From positions 1 through 64,000 of the forward strand of contig JAAPAO010000075.1 of the NCBI GenBank assembly GCA_013115145.1: DNA of 64,000 nucleotides, written 5' to 3'. Below the pieces are notes generated by a model, which saw nothing but the letters and a program-made list of their open reading frames with translations, was not told the DNA's origin and did no database searches. A program made the translations under genes and the position numbers. This stretch comes from Perkinsus chesapeaki ATCC PRA-425. Lineage: Eukaryota; Protista; Perkinsozoa. Every line of letters begins with the position of its first letter. Positions within the stretch are counted from its first letter, which is position 1. This document shows, one piece after another, positions 13,678 through 25,824 of this stretch.

Positions 13678-15045
13678 ATGCGTGAAGTCATCTGCATCAA
13701 CGTCGGTCAAGGAGGCATCCAGGTCGGCAACGCTTGCTGGGAGCTCTTCTGCCTCGAACACGGTATTGGTCCCGACGGTACCTTGGCCTCTGACAAGTCT
13801 AATGTTGGCGACGATGCCTTCAGTACATTCTTCTCAGAGACCGGCGCTGGAAAGTTCGTGCCTCGGTGCGTCTTTGTTGACTTGGAGCCCAATGTTGTTG
13901 ATGAGATCCGTACTGGTACCTATCGTCAACTATTCCATCCTGAACAGCTCATCACTGGCAAGGAGGATGCTGCTAACAACTTTGCTCGAGGTCACTATAC
14001 TATCGGCAAGGAGATTGTCGACTTGTGCTTGGACCGCATTCGTAAGCTTGCTGACAACTGCACTGGCCTGCAGGGCTTCTTGGTGTTCAATGCTTGCGGT
14101 GGTGGCACTGGCTCTGGTATGGGCTGTCTTATCCTTGAGCGCTTGAGCGTTGATTACGGCAAGAAATCTAAGCTGTCGTTTACTATTTGGCCTTGCCCCC
14201 AGGTGTCCACAGCGGTCGTCGAGCCCTACAATACAGTTCTCTGTGTCCACTCCCTCCTGGAACACACTGATGTGACCTGTCAAATGGACAATGAAGCTCT
14301 CTATGACATTTGCCGTCGTAATCTTGATATTGAGAGGCCGACTTACACCAATCTCAACAGACTGATCGCTCAGTGCATAAGCTCCTTAACTGCGTCCCTT
14401 CGCTTCGATGGTGCTCTCAACGTCGATGTGACCGAGTTCCAGACCAACTTGGTGCCTTACCCTCGTATTCACTTCATGCTCAGCTCTTATGCGCCCATCA
14501 TATCTGCCGAGAAGGCTTACCACGAGCAGCTGTCGGTCGCCGAGATCACCAATTCGGTGTTCGAGCCCGCCTCTATGATGGTCAAATGTGATCCTCGTCA
14601 TGGGAAGTACATGGCATGCTGTCTGATGTATCGCGGCGATGTTGTCCCTAAGGACGTGAATGCTGCGGTTGCCACCATCAAGACGAAGAGAACTATCCAG
14701 TTTGTCGACTGGTCACCAACGGGCTTCAAGTGCGGTATCAACTATCAGCCTCCCACCGTTGTTCCTGGTGGCGATTTGGCTAAGGTCATGCGCGCCGTGT
14801 GTATGATCTCCAACTCAACTGCGGTTGCTGAAGTGTTCTCTCGCATCGATCACAAGTTCGATCTTATGTACGCCAAGCGTGCCTTTGTTCATTGGTATGT
14901 GGGTGAAGGTATGGAGGAGGGTGAGTTCTCCGAAGCCAGAGAAGATTTGGCGGCTCTAGAGAAAGATTATGAGGAAGTCGGTATTGAGACTGCTGAAGGC
15001 GAATGGGACGAAGAGGAAGGCGGCGGCTACGGTGATGAATTCTAG
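13678..15045 (+). CDS. TUBA: Alpha-tubulin (intronless, somewhat divergent)
   Basis: 455-aa ORF with MREVI start, GGGTGSG signature, [16 protein letters not shown], and acidic tail ending EF. Confidence 0.99.
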   Translation: MREVICINVGQGGIQVGNACWELFCLEHGIGPDGTLASDKSNVGDDAFSTFFSETGAGKFVPRCVFVDLEPNVVDEIRTGTYRQLFHPEQLITGKEDAANNFARGHYTIGKEIVDLCLDRIRKLADNCTGLQGFLVFNACGGGTGSGMGCLILERLSVDYGKKSKLSFTIWPCPQVSTAVVEPYNTVLCVHSLLEHTDVTCQMDNEALYDICRRNLDIERPTYTNLNRLIAQCISSLTASLRFDGALNVDVTEFQTNLVPYPRIHFMLSSYAPIISAEKAYHEQLSVAEITNSVFEPASMMVKCDPRHGKYMACCLMYRGDVVPKDVNAAVATIKTKRTIQFVDWSPTGFKCGINYQPPTVVPGGDLAKVMRAVCMISNSTAVAEVFSRIDHKFDLMYAKRAFVHWYVGEGMEEGEFSEAREDLAALEKDYEEVGIETAEGEWDEEEGGGYGDEF

Positions 15046-15156
15046 GTAACTATTATTGCATGACAAACTCATTTTCAGAGTGATAGCTTCTTGCTATATA
15101 TTAAATCACTCTTCCATTATATTGTCTTTCGTTTTCTCAATGGGACATTGCGGTGA

Positions 15157-16554
<1,398 letters not shown>

Positions 16555-17115
16555 TTCTTTGACGACAAGCCCGCGGCCTATGAGGACGGTGCGAAATTCA
16601 GTGTGAGATTATGAAGTGTAGTTGTCTCCTATCACAACTGCCTAGTCAGTGATAAGCCGGTATTTGGATACATTTTAAATATCGCTATAATGGCACTTGC
16701 TCTCTGGCTAAGCATTCTGTGATATGGTAGGCGATGCACTTAGTGGTACATGTTAAAGTGTTAAAGACTTATTGTGTTAATAGTAACTGTCAATAGAATG
16801 CAGTTGAGAGTTATTGGTAATATCGAAAGAAAAGCTATTGTTTCGATAAAAGTATCTTTTCCAATTGAGTGTTCAGCCATCACTAACATCTGACACTACT
16901 ACTTGTACTAGTTGCTAGACCTACTCTACAGTGGGTGGGGGGGGTGTGAAATAGCGACCGTTAAATCACACTGTATCGTCCGTCGAGCAGGCTAAAGGAC
17001 CGAGTCGTCGGTTGTGGAGGGTGCATATTGAGCATAAATCTGACGGCGCCATTTTGGCCAGAGATTTGTGAAACTCGGTACAACACAACACTAATACTAA
17101 CAACAAATGATTATC

Positions 17116-18072
17116 TCACAGCTCTTCACTAATAGGTAGATCCTCAAAGGCTTCCACGGTTTTGAGCACATATTGGACCATACCGTGTCCACTGTTATCA
17201 TCACGTCTTTCTTCCAACACTTTTTCCACCGCGACAGGCAGCTGGACCACCTCTCCGTTGTTTAGTACGAACCGGGTGCCTTCCAAGCTGCGAATGCCTC
17301 CTGAGTCTTCGGGCACGAAGACGTGAGCGTTATTGTCATCACCGAACAACACTCTGACTTTGCTGTTGCTGTGGGCGTCCACAACAGCGGCTTCAAGGGC
17401 CTTCTTGTGGTGAGCCGGCAGAGCACTTCCCTTCATTATTCCATTCCTTTTTCGAAGCACTTCAATCCGAAGCCTTCCCGAAGTCTTATCGAAAGTTACA
17501 TTAGTCTTGTCGAGATTGTAGTCATCGCCTAAGTGATAGAAGCGTTGCATGAGTCGCTTGATGCCGTCATGTTCGGTGCTAGCTCGGACCACCAAGCCAT
17601 GGCCGTATTTCTTAACGGACACCGTGGAGCCCTCTCCAGCCTCGTCAACGAGAGCATGCCCTGGCAGAGTGCCAGTAATAACCACTGAGGTGTTCGTGGC
17701 GTTAACGTGGAACCCGCCAGAGGGGCCCATCGAGGCCGCCATCATTTGAGATAGAGCGTGATGAAAGGCGTCCGGTACGGCGTGAGACGTTCGCAAGAAT
17801 GGTCGGGGTTGATGCAGCATGACGGCGTGGTCGGCGGGGAGGAGCTGGTGCAGGAAGCCCGCGGCGTGAAGGATGTCATCGAGGGGCGAGGAGAAGCCGG
17901 TGCCGAAGAGATGATTCGCATTGAAGACTTCGTCCATGTGATGGAAGACTTCGGATGGGTTCGGGAATACCTGGAAGTGTATCACGCTGTGGCCGATCGG
18001 GTGGTGATCAGAATGTGTGACAGATGCCGCGGTGAAGTGCCACGCCGGCACTGATAGTAGGAGAGGTTTCAT
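17116..18072 (-). CDS. Putatively secreted His-rich protein with an HSP20/alpha-crystallin-like segment
   Basis: 318-aa intronless ORF with a hydrophobic N-terminus. The segment VVITGTLPG...GLVVRAS...MQRFYHLGDDYNLDKTNVTFDKTSGRLRIEVLRK fits the HSP20 beta-sandwich pattern (judged by eye). Confidence 0.55.
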   Translation of the reverse strand: MKPLLLSVPAWHFTAASVTHSDHHPIGHSVIHFQVFPNPSEVFHHMDEVFNANHLFGTGFSSPLDDILHAAGFLHQLLPADHAVMLHQPRPFLRTSHAVPDAFHHALSQMMAASMGPSGGFHVNATNTSVVITGTLPGHALVDEAGEGSTVSVKKYGHGLVVRASTEHDGIKRLMQRFYHLGDDYNLDKTNVTFDKTSGRLRIEVLRKRNGIMKGSALPAHHKKALEAAVVDAHSNSKVRVLFGDDNNAHVFVPEDSGGIRSLEGTRFVLNNGEVVQLPVAVEKVLEERRDDNSGHGMVQYVLKTVEAFEDLPISEEL

Positions 18073-19027
18073 GGTAACTTAATTAACGATATAGAGATTA
18101 ACAGCGCAAACCAAGATCACGGGTGAAACTAAAAGTTAATGCGAAAGACTAACACCGGCACATAGAGGATGTGGAAGAGTGACCGTACTTTGCCTTTCTT
18201 GCCATGGCACCCTCTGGAAGATTCTCGATGAGGCTGATAACAGCAACAAGTGCCATCTGAGCCAGAGCCTCAGGTCTCCACGAGGGCAAATGGATCTTAA
18301 CCGTGCCAAGAGTTTTCATGTGATAGTCCCAATGTTAACCTAAGAGGGCAAGCGTACTTAATGGTCCAGTCGAGCAATGCAGATAAGCTATCGTACAAGC
18401 CTTGTGTGAATTCTGCTCGTCTCCGATATGCCTATAAACTTCCCAAAAGGTGTCGTCTCCTGAAGCCGTTCGCAAGGCTGTATTCGTAAGGAGCGGTATT
18501 TCCTTTACAGGCTGAGCAGCGGGCCACTCATACCTCGCTCCCGAGGGCTATCCAATCGCTCTGCCTCTTGTCGACATCAGTGAATCTGCGTTAGCTGGTT
18601 GGGTGTGATTTTCTCCATTCCAAAGGGCGCGGGGTCGACCCCGGCATCGTACAACTTCTCATTTGAGCTTCACTTGTCTTACAAGATAGTGTCGCCCAAC
18701 GCTTTGGGTCTCCTGTGGGCGTCGTGCGGGAACTCCTTAGCGTCCCCGAAAATCATGAAGGGTCCATCGATGTAATCGATTTCGCTCGAAGATACCACTT
18801 TAGTTTCCCTCTCTTCCTTTGGCAATACCCCACATTCTCTCCAATACGCCACGAAGACGATTGTCGTGAGGCCGCCGCATTCTAAGTTTGCCGGGCGAAG
18901 GCATCTCCGTCATGCGCACATGAATCGATCATTATTATTCTCGCTCGCCCATAGCTATTTCCACAATGGACGTAGAGCGTTAACAACAACACTTCCGTCT
19001 TGCTTCGGACAATTGTAATTGGAAAAA

Positions 19028-20443
19028 ATGTCTGCTGCCCCTGGAGAGAAGACTCATATGTCGATTGTGATCTGCGGTCACGTCGATTCCGGCAAGTCCA
19101 CCACTACCGGTCGTCTGTTGTTCGAGCTCGGCGGTGTTTCGGAGAGAGAAGTGGAGAAGCTGAAGCAAGAGGCCGATCGCCTTGGCAAATCCTCCTTCGC
19201 CTTCGCTTTCTATATGGATCGCCAGAAGGAGGAGCGTGAGCGTGGTGTTACTATTGCCTGCACCACCAAGGAGTTCTTCACCGAGACCTGGCACTATACT
19301 GTAATTGACGCCCCCGGCCATAGAGATTTCATCAAGAACATGATCACCGGTGCCTCCCAGGCCGATGTGGCTCTCTTAATGGTCCCCGCTGATGGTAACT
19401 TTGGTACATCTATTGCCAAGGGCAATCACAAGGCTGGTGAGATCCAAGGACAAACCCGTCAGCATGCTCGCCTTATTAATTTGTTGGGCGTCAAGCAGTT
19501 GGTTGTTGGTGTTAACAAGATGGATTCTGACGTTGCTGGTTACAAGCAGTCTCGTTATGAGGAAATCCGTGATGAGATGAAAAATATGCTTGGCCGTGTT
19601 GGCTGGAAGAAGGACTTCGTTGAGAAGTGTGTCCCTGTCATTCCCATCTCCGGTTGGGTCGGTGACAACCTCATCAAGAAGTCCACCCATATGGACTGGT
19701 GGCATGGTGTCGATGTTGTCCGTGACCCCGCTTCCTCAGATGTCATCCATATTGATACTCTTTATGATGCTCTCGAGAAGTTCGCCACCGTGCCCAAGCG
19801 TGTCAGCGATGCCCCTATGAGAATGCCGGTATCTGGTATCTACAAGATCAAGGGTGTTGGTGATGTTATCACTGGACGTATTGAGCAAGGTGTCGTGAAG
19901 CCAAATGAGGATGTCATCTTCCTGCCCACTCACACTCCTGCCACACCCTGCTCCGGGAAGGTCTTCACCATCGAGATGCATCACAAACGTCACGAACAAG
20001 CCCTTCCTGGTGACAACGTCGGTCTCAACGTTAAGGGTCTGATCAAGGAGAACATGCCTCGTGTTGGTGATGTTATGATTTATAAGAAGGATACCTCTCT
20101 GAAGCACGTTCAGTCCTTCACTGCTCAGATTCAGGTGCTGGACATCCCCGGTGAAATTAAGGTCGGTTATTCTCCCATCGCTTTTGTTCGTACCGGTCGT
20201 TCCGCTTGCAAGCTTGCTAAGATCAACTGGAAGGTTGGTAAGGAGACCGGTGGCAAGAAGATGGAAGATCCTCATTCTCTCAAGTCTAATGAGATGGCCG
20301 AAGTTGTTTTTGAACCCATCCAGCCTCTTGTGGTCGATTCCTATAAGAACTGTGAGGGTCTCTCCCGTGTTGCTCTTATGGAGGGTAATGGTGTTGCTAT
20401 GCTTGGCAAGTGCACTTCTACTGTCGCCAAGGTAGTTAAGTAG
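19028..20443 (+). CDS. EFL: Elongation factor-like GTPase EFL (functional replacement of EF-1alpha), intronless
   Basis: GHVDSGKST, DAPGH and NKMD GTPase motifs. EFL-type sequences AFAFYMDRQKEERERGVTIACTTKEFFT and NHKAGEIQGQTRQHARLINLLG. First ATG at 19028 (19019 is TTG). Confidence 0.95.
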   Translation: MSAAPGEKTHMSIVICGHVDSGKSTTTGRLLFELGGVSEREVEKLKQEADRLGKSSFAFAFYMDRQKEERERGVTIACTTKEFFTETWHYTVIDAPGHRDFIKNMITGASQADVALLMVPADGNFGTSIAKGNHKAGEIQGQTRQHARLINLLGVKQLVVGVNKMDSDVAGYKQSRYEEIRDEMKNMLGRVGWKKDFVEKCVPVIPISGWVGDNLIKKSTHMDWWHGVDVVRDPASSDVIHIDTLYDALEKFATVPKRVSDAPMRMPVSGIYKIKGVGDVITGRIEQGVVKPNEDVIFLPTHTPATPCSGKVFTIEMHHKRHEQALPGDNVGLNVKGLIKENMPRVGDVMIYKKDTSLKHVQSFTAQIQVLDIPGEIKVGYSPIAFVRTGRSACKLAKINWKVGKETGGKKMEDPHSLKSNEMAEVVFEPIQPLVVDSYKNCEGLSRVALMEGNGVAMLGKCTSTVAKVVK

Positions 20444-20567
20444 TTAGTGGTGAGTAGTCGTTGGTCTTAATGGCCGTTTTTTCAATGTTATCTGTCCTAT
20501 CAAGGAAGACGCATCATCCTTTTCTATGTAACCCTTTGTTGGGTTTGTCCAGTGTATTATTGTTTTC

Positions 20568-20678
20568 GACTGAAGTGATGATAACTGGCATAAGTCATAG
20601 GTGGCGTGTTGTTGCGGATGAACCCCCGCAAGCCTCGTCACTGTTAATGATGATAACGCCACAAACGTCTGATCAGTC
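20568..20678 (+). ncRNA. Box C/D snoRNA candidate 1
   Basis: Box C GTGATGA 20575-20581, C' ATGATGA 20647-20653, box D CTGA 20669-20672, and a perfect 6-bp terminal stem gactga/tcagtc. Confidence 0.75.
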
Positions 20679-20683
20679 CATGT

Positions 20684-20766
20684 TGAAGTGATGATTACGA
20701 GCGCGCGTGAACTGAGCCAATCCTTGTTGGATGCGGCATGTTGAATGCTCTCTTATAACTGATCAT
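20684..20766 (+). ncRNA. Box C/D snoRNA candidate 2
   Basis: Box C GTGATGA 20688-20694, D' CTGA 20712-20715, C'-like ATGTTGA ~20739, box D CTGA 20759-20762. Shares both putative guides with candidate 3. Confidence 0.75.
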
Positions 20767-20795
20767 AAACTAAAGGTTAATTATATGTTCACTCA

Positions 20796-20878
20796 ATTCG
20801 ATGTGATGATTACGAGCGCGCGTGAACCAACAGCTCTAAGCAGCTGATTGAAGAATGCTCTATTTATTCTGATCGAAT
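20796..20878 (+). ncRNA. Box C/D snoRNA candidate 3 (paralogue of candidate 2)
   Basis: Box C GTGATGA 20803-20809, box D CTGA 20869-20872, terminal stem attcga/tcgaat. Carries the same TTACGAGCGCGCGTGAAC and GAATGCTCT blocks as candidate 2. Confidence 0.8.
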
Positions 20879-21471
20879 ATTTGATAATTGCTCAGCCCTC
20901 AGCCGATGAAGACATGTTAGTGGTAGTCAAGTTGCAATCTGGGATTTCCAAACCTTGTCGGGTTTTAAACTAAGCTCTATAGCATTCGATGCCGAACAGT
21001 CACTTAACTGTGCTTCGCAACTAGGTCTAATTCCGTCCTCGCCCAGACATAGCAACTCTGAATCTTGTAGATTGAAGATAACTATCATTGACCTGAGGTG
21101 AATCACCCCTCTAGAATGTGATGTAGGCCGTAAGGTATGATGTACGGTGGATCTCGACTGATAACCGACTTGACAGAACATAATTGAAGGTTAGCTTGAG
21201 CAGTAGTACTTTGTTGCATGAAAGTGTCACTGTGATTTGGTAGTTGTAATTATCGGTGTATGTTCACCACTAAAGCTAAGATGAATCTCGACTATCTTGT
21301 CGGTAGAAATACAATCAAGCTCGCGAAGTATATTGTGGTGATATGAATAGACGACAATCTGTCAATCTGCACTTCAATGTGCTCTCCAAAATTACTGTAT
21401 GTCAAACTCAGACCATAAGATAGTTAATGAAACATGTTATTGATAATACAAAGGTCATCTAATTAATGATG

Positions 21472-24400
21472 TTATTCACTCCACCAACATCTAAGTGAAG
21501 CTGTCATCTTATTAATTCGATCTTCGGACACTTTCACTCGCCAAGCATGAAAGAATCTTTGCATGACTAACACGTCCGCAGACTGTTGCACCTCTATGCG
21601 ATCCAGCACCTGGTAATATTTGTCGCGCGCCACGAAACTGGGAATGTCACCTTCGCCCAGACAGCCCAAACCTCTCTCAAACTAGCCACTTCTTTCTTCC
21701 GTCTGACCGATCTTCCTGTCGCGCTTCGCTCCGCTCGAGCCCGCCAGGCCATGAAGAACTTCCTTCTGGCAGCAATGCGGCGAATGGCTTGAAATGCTGG
21801 TCGAAGAAGTCTGTCGATCTAATGAGAAGTAACGTTGTAGAACATCTTGTCTGAGAAATGCCTAGTAATACGGTCATGGCCAAACGTCGATCAAGATAAT
21901 GCCTATAGAAGCGAATCGAGTACATCGTCAAACTTGATGGATTCGCGGCATTGGCTTCGAAAATCACAGGAACGCGAACCATCGTGGCCTACCTCTAACA
22001 GCTTCACCATCTCATCATCTGCCCTTCCAGCAGCGCATCGTCGAGCTCTCTCGCCGCACACTCGATTCCATGCCTTCAGTACACGCCTTCGCAGCAGTAC
22101 TCGATGATAGTATGCCTTGAGCATGTCATCTCGACTAAGTCCGGGACCGCAGCAAGCCGGATACCGGCTGAGCTTCTGCGAGATCTCTGCTCTGTAGCGC
22201 CACCAACCATGGAAGGCACTGCGCAGCTTCATCAATCTCCCTTGTTGAATGGCTCCTTCGTAGGCGAGTCGATGTGCCCTGCTCCGTCGAGTTTGGCGTC
22301 TAAAGCTTTTCAAGGCAAGCACGGCTTGAATTCGCCTCAGATACCGCCCTTCAACCACCTCATCAGAGAGCGCCTTCATCCCATATCTCAAGAGCCGGTG
22401 AGTGTTATGCCTTAAAGCCATGGATTTGGAGGAGCGGTCGACCATAAGGACTCGAGGAAGCTCGTAACGCCAAGCCACAACCACCCGGCTCATCACAGAT
22501 TTATCAGACTTCGCTCGAGCCTTCCACAAAGCCAGCGCCTCCCTCGCTCGCCATCGCAGCAGGACGCCGGGGACCATCACCGACCAGACTTCGCTCATAA
22601 CTTGGGCTCTTGCCGTCTGCACCGCCCAGTGCTCGAGCGCTGCCTCCATTCGAGTGTACTCGACAGCGGCGGTGATGATGGCTTCAACTTCACCAATCCG
22701 TTTGAGCATCTTGGCCGTCTCGAACCAAGCATGGATGATGTTGGATCGAATGGGATGGGCGCGGTATAGGATGTATTGGTCGCAGCGAATTCTCAGGGCC
22801 AATGAGTGACGGAAACTAACAAGAAAAGGCGCAGTGTTGGATGGACGTGGTCGGATACACTTGGTGCGCCGCCGGGGAGAAAATTCAGGAAAATTACCGA
22901 AAATCTTGTGGATCCGAAAGCTTCAAGTATGAAAGAGAGAACTAATCATGAGAAAGATATTTCAGAGCTCAACTGAAGGACAGCCAGGCTTACCTTCGAA
23001 TCCACATACTCAACACTCGCCGCTCGAAGACCCTCTTCACGGCAGCAGCTCTTCGACAAAGTGCGGCTCGCCAAACCACTGCCATTCGCCAGGCGTCCAG
23101 GGACAGCCTACCGAGCCGTTGTACTGATCGGCCACTCATTGCGGTAAGCTTCCAGACGACCATCGCATGACCGAGTTGGTGGGTTGAGCGAGTTTGATGC
23201 AGATGACGAAGGTGACGACAGATCTCCCGGGAAGACTTGGCCCTCGCTCGCCAGCCCCGAAATGACACCAACAACAGTTGGCGAACATGACAAATGAAAA
23301 GACGATCCACGAGGAGCTTCGATCGCAGGGCTATCTGCCAGCCCCTCATCGCAGACATGCATCTCCTCACAGACGTACTGAGACCCAACAGAGCTGCCGC
23401 TTCCCTGTTACGCTGGGAATAGGCCCTCCAGCAGTTGAGCACTCCGAAGACCAGGCTCACAGTCCTCAGTCGCCATCCCTGCACAACTTGTTTCTTCACC
23501 CGCTGCCATCGAGCTCTCCTTTGCCAAGCAGACAGTCGTCCGCGGATGTACCAAAGAACTGCCAGCGCGATCCTCTCTGCGTCCCTTTGCTCGGTAGACC
23601 TCACGAACGCCTTCAGTCGCCGGAATGCTTCAGAAAGTCTGAACCGCGGTAGTCGAGCCTCCAAACGCTTGGCGGAGACGGACAGCATTGCCGATGAGAT
23701 CCATTCGACGAAAGTAAGACGAACTCTGCGTCGCTCCGCTAAGCGCCGAACCTTCAACCCCATCAGCCTCCAACTCTTCCTTTGCTCGCCGATCCTTCTT
23801 AGACCAGAGAGAGCCCGCCGCGCCAGTTCCGATCGTTTCTCTGAAGCTTTCTGGGATGCAACAATCGTTGAATAACGGAGGCGGGCACTTTCACGGAACC
23901 ATCGACCGAAGACAGCAGCGAGAGTTCGCAGACGAGATGACCGAACCACTGTGCCGAGGGCGCGCCAGGCGGAGAAGTGCCCTGCCTTGGCCTTGTGGGA
24001 GATGAGGAGCAAACCGTCCCGAAGGGAACGACCATCGACTGCCCGAGTGAGCCAGTGGGTCATGATCCTCGACAAAAAACGGCGCTTTCTTTGTAGAAGA
24101 GCCATCTCATTGCGGGCGCGCTCGAGGATACTTTCCGAATAGTGATACTTCCATCGTTGCCAAGAACATTGCACGCGTCGACCTAAGATACTTTGCTGCA
24201 GACAGACCTCCACCCGTGCACATTGGACTCTATACCGTACTTCGGCCAGCCAAGCATCGCATACAGCAGCCATGACTCTCAGACGTCCCCTCTCAACGAA
24301 GTAATTCATCCCCGATGCTTTATAGAGGCCAACTTGCCTGTTGTACGATAACTTACTAATAGCCAAGGCCAACCGCCATCTCTGCAAATGGAGAACACAT

Positions 24401-25824
24401 TCTCGCTGGAACTGTAGTCGGACCATCAACTGTGCTGCCCAAGCTCTCAGTGAACCCTGCACGGCCCGGCGCACCCGAGCCGCCTTCACTCCACCATACG
24501 CCCTTCTAGCATCACGCGCCCTCCTCCATCGCACAAACGCCAATCGCCTACCACGAACAACAGTCATCTGGCGAATCTTGTCGACAACAGGATCCAGCGC
24601 CGAGTAGAACTCTCGGAGCCCGGACCGCCAAGTGTGGTAGCGAGCCCAAATTTTCCAAGCATGCTTCATTATCGAGTGCTCCACTTCCACAGCCCGAATA
24701 AGCTCGTCTCTGGAGCTTTGGAGGAATCTGCGAAGAGCCCTCACCCCGCGACGCATTCGGAACACCCTCCTGAGACCCTCGAGCTTCTTCCGATCCTCGA
24801 CCGCGCGCCGCCACTTTACTAAAAGTCGCCTTGTTCGGTTCACCAGCATCACAGCGATCCTCGCTTCTCCTTGCAGACGGAACTCCATCTCTCTCTGCCA
24901 CCCTCGAAAGCCCTTCGCTGTTCTATTTCGCACTACAGCCTCACACAGTCTCTCAACAGCGGGTCGAAGCTCGTCCGCTCGAATCCTGGCTTCCCGCCGA
25001 TGGCAAGTGTAGCTCTTCCAGAAGACGATCACCTTCCTTGTGGTTTTTGATACCATCTTTTCCTCCAACTTGCCAAGTTTAGAGTATAACACTGCGGTCC
25101 GGAATCTCCTGAGCGCCCAGAATTTCCGAACCTCTGTCAACCCTTCCCTGTTCTTCCGACTGGCCACAGCCCCCTCTCGCCATCTGCGAAGTGCTCGGCG
25201 ACTAACACATCTAATAGAGAGCGTGAAAAGCTTTCCCGCGTCAAACTTCCGTCTGAGCGGCGACCGAGATGCCAGTGACTGCCCTTCCATCCCGCCATGC
25301 ATCATCAGCGCGCTTCCCCCCTGCAGGCCTACTGTCATCGCCTCGACCTCGTCCAGAGAGTCAGGGCTGCTGCCACACGGAGTGACAGCCCTAGTGGGAG
25401 GCGTCGGAGTCACAGGAGCGACTGCCTGAGCCACCGCCATTTCCTCATCATACCATGGCTTAGGCTCGTGGACGATGCTATCCATTACCGAAACCGAGGC
25501 TGCATCGATACCAAAGTGAGGGGCAGTAGAGAGAGGTGGCGACCGAATGACAGTCGCCGGCTGCTTGCGACGAGTGAACTCGAAAGGCTTTCGATTTTTT
25601 CTCAGTGCGCGAGTGGCCTCTCTGTGATTGGCCAGCAGCGCCCTATATGTGGCCATGGCTACCTTATCGACTTTGCCCAAGCCCCTCTGAGCTAGTACCT
25701 CGTGAAATGCATTCAGGAGCTGTTGTAAGTCACTCCGATTTTCCGATCCAACCCGAACAAGGGTTTCTTCTAGGACGATTTTGGATAAGTTGTTACTGCT
25801 GCTATCTGATAGGGAAGCCGTCAT
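21472..25824 (-). CDS. Large SFI1-like (Trp/Arg helical repeat, putative centrin-binding) protein, multi-exon
   Basis: The 944-aa and 299-aa ORFs join in frame through a GT-AG intron 22993-22816 (..WIRS|FRHSLALRIR..). Periodic F/L-x-x-W repeats about every 23-35 aa in a basic helical sequence. The repeats continue (KFFMAWRAR, RFFHAWRVK) to the stop at 21472; internal 3' exon boundaries uncertain. Confidence 0.7.

Noticed and set aside
17044-17063. GCCATTTTGGC, matching the core of the dinoflagellate spliced leader (possible relic SL or SL RNA gene)
   Set aside because: Only 11 nt match, the flanks differ from CCGTA and TCAAG, there is no GT donor after it, and it is not at the 5' end of a same-strand gene.
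19028-20443. Canonical EF-1alpha call, or EFL as a novelty
   Set aside because: The sequence signatures are EFL, and EFL is already known from perkinsids and dinoflagellates.
20653-20668. Assigning snoRNA candidate 1 to a known rRNA methylation site
   Set aside because: The guide TAACGCCACAAACGT matches remembered rRNA segments only partially; a target cannot be called without this species' rRNA.
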